A DNA stretch of 64,000 nucleotides from Trypanosoma brucei (taxonomy: Eukaryota): assembly GCA_000002445.1 (NCBI GenBank), contig CM000207.1:2464001-2528000 (forward strand), read 5' to 3'. Under the pieces are notes generated by a model. The model saw only the letters and a program-made list of their open reading frames with translations, was not told where the DNA came from and made no database searches. Made by a program: the position numbers and the translations under genes. Of the stretch, positions 10,721-22,528 are shown in pieces. Every line of letters begins with the position of its first letter. Positions within the stretch are counted from its first letter, which is position 1.

Positions 10721-13700
10721 CGAGTGGTGGATTTTTACTACACGCAGCGAGTAGTGGTTGGTTGAGGGGCAAATATCCAGCTGCCCAGCTGACACGTCCT
10801 TATTTTAGGTGGTACTATGCGGATCATCATGAATTACGCCCTTTAATGGCGCCTTGGTGTTGTTGTTGTTCCTTATCCTTTAAATAACATGAAGATTAAC
10901 GGGCTCAAGAGGGGAATAGTAGGAAAAAAGCTGCGGTGAAGGGTGAAGGCCCCATCTGCAGTGAATAAAAGCGTATACGGCCCCATGTGGCACCGTACAT
11001 TTTCCAGGTAATGGAAACGTTCTGTATATATTACTCGAGGCGCTAATTGTGCACGGTACGTTTGCCCACGCGTAAAACCTTCATTTTTGCATTTGAAGAG
11101 GGGGGAATCGCATCTTTATCCCTTTCCTCCTATCTTCCTTCCTTCCTTCCTCCTCCGCACCGTAAAACGAAATATAGTTAATCAAACAAGTCACTGTTAA
11201 CCACTTTTAACTAGTGACACGAAAGAGAGCGCCACGAGGTGAGGAATGAAATGATATAAAGGTGGTGTAAGACCTCCTTGTTGGGGCCCACATGTAGGGA
11301 AAAGATAAATGAATGGTGGTGAAAAGCATTAACGGGCGAAGGTTGTTTGCATCATCTTTATTGCTACCAAAAGGAAACCGCTCCATGGGTGCATGCGCCA
11401 ATGGTGTGTATTCCGGTGATCTGCCGCCGCATCTCGCCCCTCACTGGAGCAAACTTCACCTTCCCTTTTGCGTCCCCTTCCCTTTTTTTTATTTTTTCTC
11501 TGTTTTCCTTTATTTTTTTTAATGCCCTGAAGCATCATAACAACTGCGGTGCCTTCAACATTCGTTTGTAGACGGCCAGGTGGACAGCCCACTTCGTGTG
11601 AGAGTGAAAGGGACGGAGAAGAAAGGCTTCACAAGCAACACATCCTAATCGTATATGTTTTCCTTCGATTTTGAGTTAAAAAAGGGCTGTGTTGTTGTAG
11701 CCGCAGTAGCGAATTCGTTAATGTCAGCCACCCGTTAGTGCGCCAAGCAACTCATCACCGGAAAATTGCTGCCCTGAGCGGGATAAACGATGCATAAAAT
11801 CAAGAGGAAGGTTTAGTGCCCAACGCATGGGACATTGTATGGGTATTTGCTACACATAGCTCTTCAAGGTTCGGCCAAGCGCCGTAATTATTTCCATGCA
11901 CTTACAGACTTTTTAAAAGGGTCGCACATGTCCATCATTACATCACACACACTGTGCTCAAACATCTTAGTTGGTGGGTTGTTCGGCTGACGACGATCGC
12001 TGTTATCGTTTGGGATACGTCCACACCGCTAGCGTATTTTGCATGCGCCAGAAGTGACACGTACACGATAATGTAAAAAAACGTGGCTCTTCGGCTTGAG
12101 TTATTCGCCTTCACTTTGAGGGTCACTTTCGCTTGCTTACTGCTGACCCCGTCTTGCTTTGGCGTGCTAAACTCAGCCCCTGGGCCCACCTTATAAGCAA
12201 AACAACTTTATATTTGCGCGGTCGACCCCTTTGTCACCACCACTTCCGCCGCGACGTTTCACCCTTCCGTTTCAATTGAATGTACGCAGTCACTTTGTTT
12301 CGTAACTCCGGAGAGTCATTTCATTTCATAGGCAGCCGCCTTGACGAAGTCGATTATATGTGTGTTGGTGTGTGTGTGTGTGGAAAGGCGATCCGTTGTG
12401 TTGGATACTTACTGGTTTGCGTTCTAGTACGCCGGCGGCAGAGTCTGCGGCTCCATTTAACCGCGACTTTCTCACGTCCTGAACAATGGTCCGTTTTTCC
12501 AGGTTCCGTCCATCAAGGTTTTGGGTGCTAAAAAATTTCGCTTCCTTGAGTGTCATTTTCCTTTGGGTAGTGTGTCCTGTGGTTTGTTTGTTTGCTCGCC
12601 TCCCTTTTCTTTCGCCTCGTGCTCCTCAACGGACATTTAACTCGTTCACACTTCAGTGATATCATTTTGGGGGGCTTTTGCTTGACTCAGTAGGCGCAAC
12701 TCCCTCCCCTCCCGCAAGATCCACCGCCCAATATTCCTCTAGGTTCCTCCTTTTTTTTTTGCTTAACTCCCTGTCATCCACCGCAGTTCCCTCTCTTTGT
12801 GCATTGTATCCACCACTTCATTAAATGTTTACCACTCCTGCGGGAATGGCATCGGTGCCGCCATCCGGTTTTCCTGCCATTTTCAATGACTCAGTTTCAG
12901 ATGCTAGTGGGCATCTTCCGCGTTGATTTAAACACCTTCCATGTTGAAGAACTTGTTCAGAAAGTGTATTCCACGTCCTTTTGAAATGGCGATGTTCCCG
13001 TGACCGCAGTATTACTCACCTTGTATTCTTCATATAACGCGATTCGTTTCAATAGACGAATCGATACATTTGGGGCCAAGGTGACGGCTACCACCGCACT
13101 CTGTGGTGATGTTCGGTAAAGCATCCGATGCGGTAGTTGCGCTGAAAATTGTGGAACGCGGGCTCGCCATGGTTCCGAATACGCTTAAGAGCCTTCACCG
13201 TGGCGGCACTGTGCGAGCTCTAACAAGAAAATTCCAAAAAAAAAGGAATTTTGCTCATTGAAGGAACCGTTGCGTTGCTGATTGATGGTTGACGGAAGCG
13301 GGTTCTGTTGTGAGGGAAAGCAAGGGCATGAATGAGGAAACCGTGAGGCAGACATTTGGAAAGGAATGGGTGTGGGTCGTTGGCGGTGCCACGGAGTAAA
13401 GGGTTTGAGCCTGCGAGGAAATAAGACGAGCGGAAGAAGGAAGGCGTAACGAATGTTGTGGCTGGCGGTTTGAGGGGTGAGCAGACGCCTTCCACACGTA
13501 CATGCATGAACACCGGTGTTGGCAAAAGAGGGAGGTGTTTTCAGCGGTGCAGCTGCACGGCCCGGAACATTGTCGTCAGGGAAAGAAGCAGCCTTCTTTA
13601 TTTCGTCTTCCGTTGACAAGAGCGGCTTAATGTTTAGAAACATGCGGTTCACGACAATGTCAAGTAGTATCGAGGCGGAAGCCTGACTCGACAGGGGCAA

Positions 13701-13945
13701 AAAAAAGCAGTTAGGAAGATGAAGAAGGTGCCGTTGACGACGCGTGAAGCGAAAGATGGAATCGAGTGAAGTTTGATGGTGAACTGAAAAGAACTTGCCC
13801 CACTTTAGTAAAAGGTTGAAGGGGACACCAACCAATAAGGTGCGTGCAGGTTAGAGGCAGAACAGAAGAAGGAACGCCAATAATCGCGCCGCGTGAGGGC
13901 TGGAAAGCAGGATGATTTTACACGGATGAAGCGTGTATGTGGTGT

Positions 13946-13957
13946 GGGGGGGGGGGG
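13946..13957 (+). repeat. G12 homopolymer tract inside an ~800 bp purine-rich (+ strand) block
   Basis: Direct count: ggtgtGGGGGGGGGGGGagagg. It sits within the 13250-14060 block, which is strongly A/G-rich on the + strand. Confidence 0.9.
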
Positions 13958-16583
13958 AGAGGTTATGTTGGAGCATCTCTTCACCGGAATGGAACCACAA
14001 AAGGAGCGGCGGCCGCCAAATAAATAGCCACAACATGAACGCAAGAACAAAAACAGAAGGGAGCATATTAGCGCATTGGTGCCCATTGTCGTGTTATGTC
14101 TTGAGAAACGAGCTATCCCCTGAGGGAAAAAATGGACGGCATCGATGTGGGTGTGAACTTCACTCGCGGACCAATGCAAAACACCATGCGGAAGTTTCCA
14201 CGAGCTGACGATCTTGCTCTCGAGAAATCCCCCCTCGCGCGTAGGGAAGCGGCGCTTATCAAGGGGATGTTAAAGCACAAACATATTTGTGTATATTTTT
14301 ATTTATTTAGACTCACCTATTTATATAATACCTCTACATCGTATGAAATTGCCCCGAAATTGTGGACCGCATATTCGAATAGTTTCTCCACGGCTCAGCT
14401 TCTGTGGCCTCATTGCTTGAAAAAATGCGAGGTTTCAGCGCTTATATTTGAGAGGGTGGTTCCGCGCCCCTTCTAGCAGAAGTATGTTGGCCGGTGCAAA
14501 TGCTGATAAGTTGCCAAATCCGCCTCGTCACAAAAGAAGAATGGAAAAAGCAACGGGCAACACAACAACAGGGTTGAGAAATGCTAGGATATTAAAAAAA
14601 GGGAGTTTATACCGGACGTTTACGTGCCGATTGGAGCGCTGCAGGCGCCAATAAAGGTTAGCTTCCTGGCTGCCAACAGCTTTATTATTATTTTACCCCA
14701 TAGTTGGTTGCCTTCGAGGCTACTAAAGCGGTTCACTTCTACTGGAACAGCGAAGTAACGAAGAAGTGGACTTGAAGTAATTCTTTAACTAGGGGAGATT
14801 CTTCAGGAAATATTTAACAGGAAATTATATGCATGCGCCACACTGACCGAAGAAAACTTTAATGACGCACAAGAGAGCAAGGACTCAGGTGAAGCAAAAA
14901 AAAAAAAAAAGAGATCTTCAGGGGGCGCAGAGGCGAAAGCCGGCAAAAAGAATGGAAGAAGGAAGAACACAATGAAACCGATCGCCTTTGGAAGAAATTT
15001 CAGCAATGATTCATCAAGATCGAGACGAGTAGCGTTTCCCTCCCAGAGAGTCCCTACTCGGAATTATCCCCATGTAACTACCCTTTGGGGGTGTTAAAGA
15101 TAAAATGGGAAGAAGAGGAAGGTTTATTTGTTTGTTTGTTTTTTTCAGGCACCATGGGCTCTTTCCCTATTTCCACCATCGCGAACTTCAACGAGAGCAT
15201 TCAACACGCATGCTCGCCCACTAATCATATATTTATCTGCTTTAAACAACCTGGGGGATGGTATCCTTCCAACAGCCAATCTGAGCGCAAACAAGGACGG
15301 AGGGAGCAGATTCACTAACACTACAGAAGTGATAAGCAAGGCAAAGGAAACGCGCGCTAGAACACTGTAGCCAAAGTTGGGATTCAAACACATTTCATTT
15401 TTCCACACGAGAAAATGTAGCACATAGTGGAGATTGCGCAACACCAAATACACTCCGCAGACGAGGGTCACAAAGCCTCACCCATATCCCAACCCTAAGG
15501 TTCAGCGTGCGGTTTTGGACCTCAGGAACTCTTTGGCTCCCCTTTATGAGAACAAATTATAAAAATTTGAGGGACCTGTGTGCAGTCAGCTGGCAGCATC
15601 CTCTGCAGATGTTGTGCTCCTCTGTTCCGTATTATGTGCACACTTGTTCGATACCAGCAAACTGCAAAAAGTTCTTTCTTTAGAGAGAAAGTGACGCCCC
15701 GTGGTGGAAAAATTCTGTTCAATGGGTTTCCACTGCAGGAAGGGAACTCGCAGTAGGCCGAACTCCAACTACGATACTGTGGTTGAAAGAGGGCGAAAGA
15801 GTGCCGCACACGTTCACATCATTTCAACTGGCACTGGCCGTGCGTGTGGTTACCTCAGCCTTCCTTTGTGCGGATAAACAGGCGGGGAAAAGAGAGAGAC
15901 GCATGCCTACATTTGTCAGACCGCAAGGAAGTTGTCATGCAATTTGTGCAGTTTTGGAACCCGGGTGAAACAGAAGAAGAGAATTCAGCATACAAACATG
16001 TTACCATGATGCTCCTTTTCATACAACTCAAACAAAGCAGGCAACAGAAAATTAATCAGCATGTTTAGGTGATCGCGGTGCCGGACCAATGTCCCTCCGC
16101 GCAATTCATCGCGGCTTGTGAACGATGGGAACCATTGCGCCCTGCTTGTCCGCGTGAATGCAAAAAAAAAAGTTCACATGCCATTACAGAAAGCAGGCAG
16201 TTTTCGGGTTATGTACATATTTTTCTTAGGATAGAATGTTCAAAAATGTAATGAGCAATATTGTCAATGCCCCTTTATTTTTTCACGCGTTCACACGAAA
16301 TTCCCACACCTGTTTAGTAAGGCTATTGATGCGCGTGGATAAAATGAAAGAAGGTGGAAACAGAAAAATATTGAGCATAATGTTCTTACTGCAAAAAAAA
16401 AATGTAGCTTGGCGGGCTGAAATCATCCTTACTGCACTTTACCCTTTCTTAACGTCTCCAATGAAATTATTACCTAATGTCTCTTACCTTCAAGTTTCCT
16501 ATTGCTTAAGCTGATGTTAGTTATATTGTGCCTTTAGAATTTGTCCTAAAGTGTTAGGCGGCGGTGTCAAAATCCAAGTAACA

Positions 16584-18032
16584 TTACTGTGACTCATCTT
16601 TCGGGAGAGCCGAATTGACACCCAGGGCACACATACATCCAGCAAAGATACCAAACAGCAGTGAACTAACGGCCCAGTTGGCTGCTAGAGAACGTTCGCC
16701 AGCGGTCGTCAGCGAACCAGTACGCGGCGCGTAGACTCCCGCTAGACCCCCCACGTAGCCATACGTGAGCGACCAGAGGAAGCAAAGAATATAAGGGAAT
16801 GTCGTGCCCTTAATCACACTGTATGCGCAAAGCACAATTGGAATGACGAGCAACAAACGCGCAAACGTCCCAATCACCACAAAGAGCGGTGATGCGTGCA
16901 GAGTCTTGAACTGAACGAAAAGGCGCGCCACAAAATCTCCCAAGTTAAACATCATCGGAATGATCACCATATACCAGCCGTTGTCATCCGGCCCCAGTTT
17001 GACAGCAAAGAATACACCAGGGTAGATGAGGAAGGCGGTAAAGAACGCAATAAAGCACACGGCTAACATGGGCCAAACACGCCTGAACACAGACAACGCA
17101 CTCGCCTTCAACATCTGTTGCGAGTTCGTGATATTCTCAACCTGGTCCGTGTCCCTCATCGTGTCAGGGTCTACAGTGGAAGTCATCACGTTGCTCTTGC
17201 CCGCGTTGCAATCCGCTTTCAAATCGTCATCCTGGTCGGCCGGACCCTTTCCTAAGCTACTCGGTTCATTATCATCTCCAGCGTCATCACCTTCAACAGC
17301 ATTCCCTTTCCTCGCCGCGTAACGAAAGTCTGCTGTATACTTCATGGCGTAAGGGTTCTTCCTCAGCAGCAGCAGAAGACCACAAGAAATCGACTGCATA
17401 ATCATGACCAACCCAAAGTATATGCGTGACTGAGTGAGCCTACTCGCGACGCGGTCTTCTGTACGCTTGAAGTTACTCTCCGTGGAAGCTTTAATAACAA
17501 TCGCAAACGTCGACGTGATAACACCACACACTGAAACACCCCACACGTACGCACTCAAAAACTTCGTTGGAAAGGGACCGGCAAGTGCAACGGCACCGGA
17601 GCTGCAAAGTGCAGTGGAAGCTCCGTTTATCAAACCAATCAGTATAATGGTTACCCTGGCACCGGTTTCCGTTGTTTTTCCGATGGTAACCATCATCACA
17701 GAAAATACTAAGATAATCGGAAAGACAAGACCAATATAGAGGCGAAGGGTTATGGGAATCCGCTTTCCAAAGTTTGTGAGCATCAGTGACACTACCAAAC
17801 ACTCCACAATAAACGTCGTCGCAAGATAGTACGTGAAGACATTTTTCCAGAAAAATTTCTGCTCTTCCGTCTCCAGCTTGATGTTCTCGCCATCCTTGGC
17901 CGCGAAAAGGTAGAACTGGAGGAAGAACTCCAGGAACGACAAGACCGTGTTCGACACCACCATCACCGACATCCCAAAACACATGAAGGTGATATAGGCA
18001 AGGAGTTCATGCACAGAACCGAAGCCAAGCAT
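16584..18032 (-). CDS. Equilibrative nucleoside transporter (ENT/SLC29 family) of the kinetoplastid nucleoside/nucleobase transporter type
   Basis: The track ORF (16584..18068) starts at TTG; the first in-frame ATG is at 18032 (MLGFGSVHELLAYITFMCFGMSVMVV...). There are about 11 predicted TM helices, with a large hydrophilic acidic loop between the TM6 and TM7 equivalents (EGDDAGDDNEPSSLGKGPADQDDD...). This is the standard ENT topology. The N-terminus resembles the conserved MLGF... start of trypanosomatid NT/AT transporters (from memory, not verified). Confidence 0.85.
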   Translation of the reverse strand: MLGFGSVHELLAYITFMCFGMSVMVVSNTVLSFLEFFLQFYLFAAKDGENIKLETEEQKFFWKNVFTYYLATTFIVECLVVSLMLTNFGKRIPITLRLYIGLVFPIILVFSVMMVTIGKTTETGARVTIILIGLINGASTALCSSGAVALAGPFPTKFLSAYVWGVSVCGVITSTFAIVIKASTESNFKRTEDRVASRLTQSRIYFGLVMIMQSISCGLLLLLRKNPYAMKYTADFRYAARKGNAVEGDDAGDDNEPSSLGKGPADQDDDLKADCNAGKSNVMTSTVDPDTMRDTDQVENITNSQQMLKASALSVFRRVWPMLAVCFIAFFTAFLIYPGVFFAVKLGPDDNGWYMVIIPMMFNLGDFVARLFVQFKTLHASPLFVVIGTFARLLLVIPIVLCAYSVIKGTTFPYILCFLWSLTYGYVGGLAGVYAPRTGSLTTAGERSLAANWAVSSLLFGIFAGCMCALGVNSALPKDESQ

Positions 18033-18740
18033 CCTTCCAATTTCAGCCAGCACACCTTTGAGTAACAACTAACCTTCTACGAAGCAAGGTGAAAGGGCAA
18101 GAAAAATGGTCATACATGTCGATATTACCATTTATCACATTAGCATGCCTCTCCTAAAGAAAAAAAACGTTTCAAGCATTAGACACAAAGCGTTCCCCCC
18201 GTGTATACGCTTAACGACCGTTAACTTTGAAGTTTTACCCACGATCGCACGTGTAATCCTCGGGAATTTTAGTCAACCTTTCTAACAAATATCGGTACTC
18301 ACAATTCATATTGCTTAAGTCCTCTAAACGCTCTCTTCGACTACAACTCATTTTACATTTGGTAAAACTGTAGGGAAAATTACACATGATACTAAAATAT
18401 TTGTTAAATCATCGGTATTAATGAAAAAAAAAATTAAGACAAGTATATTGAAAGACACATATATGTATAGAGTAGGGGTAGGCGTATACTGTGAATATAC
18501 CCTGGACAACAAGTCTTTACTTTCTTAAAGTTTTGTGTCCCTTTCCCCCACCCCAGCACACACCACCCTTGTGCGCAGCCATTTCAGCCATTTGACGTTT
18601 CTCTTGTGTTCTGTCCCTTCAGTAGGTCCCCCTTCCACATCCACATACACCTGCAGTCCCCTCTGCTAATGTTTGCCCACACGCAACCGTTGTAAAAGTG
18701 GGAGGTTTAATTGCACCAACACTCTCGCTTGAAAGATTCA

Positions 18741-19134
18741 CTAGCAGGAAGAAATATCGAGCCCCAGACCGTTACCATTTCCACTCATGTCCTGTAACTC
18801 TTTCTCAGAAATACAAGTGCCTCGAACGTACGTGCCTTCAGTGCTTCTAACTCCACATACCGCCATCACAACCACCACCCCCAACTCCTCTGTAACCTTT
18901 TCGCAGATACTCAGAAATAAATCTTCAGGTGCTGACGCTCTATCCACATGTGTTATCTTCACCAGCTTGGGGCATTCTCTGCGACACAGCACTTCCAGCT
19001 TCTTGTGATTTCCCCCAAAATATTTGATACTCAGCAGTTATTTCCGTTAGGTTCAGCCAGAGTTTCCTTAAATTTGGCAGATTGCACATCATTTTCAACC
19101 CCTTGGTAACCTTGGTGGAGCCCCTCAACGACAA
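18741..19134 (-). pseudogene. Possible degenerate leucine-rich-repeat (ESAG8/LRRP-like) gene fragment
   Basis: Two adjacent minus-strand ORFs contain LRR-like strings (NLPNLRKLWLNLTEITAEY; ECPKLVKITHVDRASAPEDL). They are weak and short. Confidence 0.2.
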
Positions 19135-19574
19135 TTTTTTTGAGGGTGGCCATTTTTTTTTTTTTGAGATAGTTACTTGTGCTTCTTATACGCACTTATA
19201 AAACACACCGGTGTTAGGTCTCGATCTTCTCGCGTTTTCGTTGACTGACCGAGTGACTGTATTCCTTTCCATGCATTGCTCTGTGAGGTGAAGTCCCCTT
19301 GTTGTTGTAGCGCGAGGGTAACGCATGAAGCGGTGAGTTTTTTTTAATCGTTTTTATACCAACGAGGAATGCAACTTTACGTTTGTATTCATCAGCACAT
19401 GGGCGGATTATACCAACTTCATTCGAGTTACCCCATCTTTATATATATATATATATTTCGCTACGTGTGAGCAACCTCCGAAATTTGAGGGTTCTTTGGA
19501 TATGTGATAGCTTCAAATGCGCTATTACTAACGTGGACTAATTTTACCTAGGATCGTAGTTTTTTTTTTGATTT

Positions 19575-19585
19575 CCCCCCCCCCC
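19575..19585 (+). repeat. C11 homopolymer (G11 on minus strand), preceded by T9
   Basis: Direct count: tttttttttgatttCCCCCCCCCCCtgcg. Confidence 0.9.
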
Positions 19586-20734
19586 TGCGTTTCTAGCCCC
19601 ACTTACCCTCACAACTCCTTCAGTCCATCACACTCAAGTAAATGAGCAGATGACTCGTCCCGGCGCCCAGTTGTCAATTTGCTTCAAACGTTCTTCCAAC
19701 CCCGGCAGTGCACCATCCTTATTTTGCATACACAAGTTATCAGGCATTTCCTCACCCACCCCCTTATCAAATGTGCGGTTACACCTGAAACGGCTTCTTT
19801 CTGTCTTGTTATTGTTGTTTTAAGCAAAATGTACGCCTATGTTTTCTGTTGTATTGCTTTCCCAGTGCTTGATGGAATCCAATGCTCCAAAACAACGTAC
19901 GGAAACACCCTACACCGCTTTACAGTGTTTTGGGACGGTGGACAGATTCTTTCTTGCAAAAATATTCGTATAAAGAGTATTATTACTATTTCCCCCCGAG
20001 TGCCCCTGTGGAACTGTGTGTGATTACTGCATGGTAGTCGCCTGCTAATTAATGACAGGATTACCAATTTCCCAGAGGGGGCGCGGAGTCGTAACTACAT
20101 TGTGGAAAAAGTACTAACCCGTAAAAATACGGTAGGAGAGATGATCAGCACCGCAGTGTTTTGTACGGGTATCCAAACTTCCGAAGACCTTTGCATTCCC
20201 TGGGAATTTTGTTAACTACCCAAAACCACAGGTGGGTGAAGGGAAAAAAAAAACAGACTCACATACCCAAGCCGTTTTATACCTTTGTTATATTACTTTG
20301 TGCCACAGGCAAAACGTTAGTTACAAGCCATTGTTACCTTTTCCATCAATTACATCATTGTGGTATCAGCAGTCTGCAATTAATTTTCCTGAAGCGCACT
20401 GTCTGAATTTTCGTTTGCCAGCGCCTATTAAAGCGGTGCTATAACACCGGCACCGCGTACGGCTATACGTAGCGGCATTCGAGAGCCTTGTTTTTTGTTC
20501 ACGGGTTTGACAGGGCTGGACACTCACATAAATTCTTTAATTAAAGCATAAGGTGCTTTGCGTCCTCGTTGATTTCGTTAGACAGTGGACGCGACATATT
20601 CCCCATGTACTTCACAGCAAAAAACATCATTTCGCCAGGCGCCTCCGTGAATATCAGCGATGGCACCACAAACACACACGCACACACAGAGACAGAACAC
20701 TCCACAGTCGCTTGTATAACTTGGGGTCAAGTGG

Positions 20735-21501
20735 TCAAGTGGGTGGAATGCACTCGCTGTCTTCCTCCACATATTGTTCCTTAAATCGCTGACAGAAATT
20801 ATTAAGCGCAATTTTGTCCACCTCGTGATGCAGGAAGTGCTGCTGGAGCTCGCAAGCAATCTGTATGGTGGCAAACTGGCTCTTATCCGTTGTCATGAGC
20901 GAATTCTCAACAGCTTTAACTTCGGTGCATTCGGACTTGACGATCAGTGAGCGGATCACTTCGGTGATGTGTCGCAACGGCATCGGGCATCAGCTCAGGG
21001 TGTCCAGCTCCCAATGTCAGTGAGCATAATTGTCACGGGTTTTATTGGCCCCTTCGACTCACAGTCGTTACCACGACTGTAGCGCAACAACCGAATCTGC
21101 ACCACCAACAGCACTTCCACAAGCATCAGCGTAATGACAGACACAATAATAAAACCTGTGAGCTGCGCAACAGTGAGTTTGTCTCCGTCAGAATCGAAAT
21201 CCTTTATAGTCGGTGTAACTGGGGACGTAAGCGGCGGCAGTGAAGGGTTCAAAACGCGTGCTACGAACCAAAGGGAAATGCGCATCGCGCCACAATTTAA
21301 CAAAAAAAACTCTCTCTTCAGTACCTTCACGACTGCACTTGAACAAGACACAGATGCGTCACGTGCGAAAAACAAGGAGAGATGCCGCATCCTCAAGCGT
21401 ATACCGTACGCTGCAGAGCAGAAGACGTTTATACGTTCCATACTTCTGTTCGCTGTGGGGTGAACACAGTCCATATTGTACATGAAAAACGTCCGTGTCA
21501 A
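20735..21501 (-). pseudogene. Possible frameshifted gene for a small single-pass membrane protein (two adjacent minus-strand ORFs of 168 and 82 aa in different frames)
   Basis: The ORFs 20995..21501 and 20735..20983 abut, separated by a frame change. One hydrophobic span (LTGFIIVSVITLMLVEVLLVV) is present. No recognisable family. Confidence 0.25.
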
Positions 21502-22004
21502 CTGAATCTCTGTGATAATGCGATTATTTAACGCGTAAACCGCGCTGAAACATAGAGAGGATTTTCATAGTGACGACGCCTCTTCCCTGGAAAAGTCTTA
21601 GGTCAGCAACACTCAAAGGGATATCCGACATGACATTCGCCTGCACGCCACTGCTAAATTGAGATAAACCTAAAACCGAAGGGGCCGTGATTTTGAGCGC
21701 ATCCAATGGCACCAGTCTTGTGTTGCTTAGTCATTTCCACAAATGGAAGCGTTACGCATGGCATCACACGACGCTCGAGTTACAAAAGTTGTGCAATGTC
21801 AACCCATTGCTCACAGCGCAATAATTCAATAAAACCACTTCAACTATTAATTATCGCTTTTCCAAGCCATAGCACAAACGAGCAAGTCACATAATTTTTT
21901 TTGAGCACCTCACCCAACACAGCCATCGGTGGACTTCTTGATATCTGTTTGTGCACTGTGCTCACTCTCACACGAGTGGTGTGTCCAGAGCGACTGATGC
22001 ACCT

Positions 22005-22015
22005 CCCCCCCCCCC
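22005..22015 (+). repeat. C11 homopolymer (G11 on minus strand)
   Basis: Direct count: gcacctCCCCCCCCCCCtcctcc. Confidence 0.9.
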
Positions 22016-22519
22016 TCCTCCGTCATGACAGGGGTGGAAAATATCAACCTCTTGGAGCCCCCTCTCTGTATTTCAAATTAACGCTAGATAGCATCCTTGT
22101 CCACCTTCCCAATAACAAAGAAAAACAATAACGACCCGACCAAGCACTCTTGACGCGTGCACCATACCACAATAAAATGGTTTCCTGAGGAAGCCTGTTT
22201 GGTCACACGGTCGTGTGGTTCTTAGGCAAAATATTCACCTCTGAAGAAAGACTGTGGAAGCCTTCTTTCCATTGGACAGGAAACACAAGTGAGTAATAAT
22301 TATTGCACTATTGCTCGCCAGCAGCAGTGCGTACGTTTCGTTATATTTCCGAATGAATCAAAATACTTCTCAAAGTCATTCGTACACAGAGAACAAGCAG
22401 ACCATCGAGCTCATGGCAACAAGTATTTCCATGAGAGCAGAAAAATCCTGACAAAGAACAAGCACCAGTCCCCAACCCAAAACTGAGCGACAAAATAGTG
22501 TACAACAGTCAGCCAGAAA

Positions 22520-22528
22520 GGGGGGGGG
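22520..22528 (+). repeat. G9 homopolymer
   Basis: Direct count: agaaaGGGGGGGGGcagttg. Confidence 0.9.
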
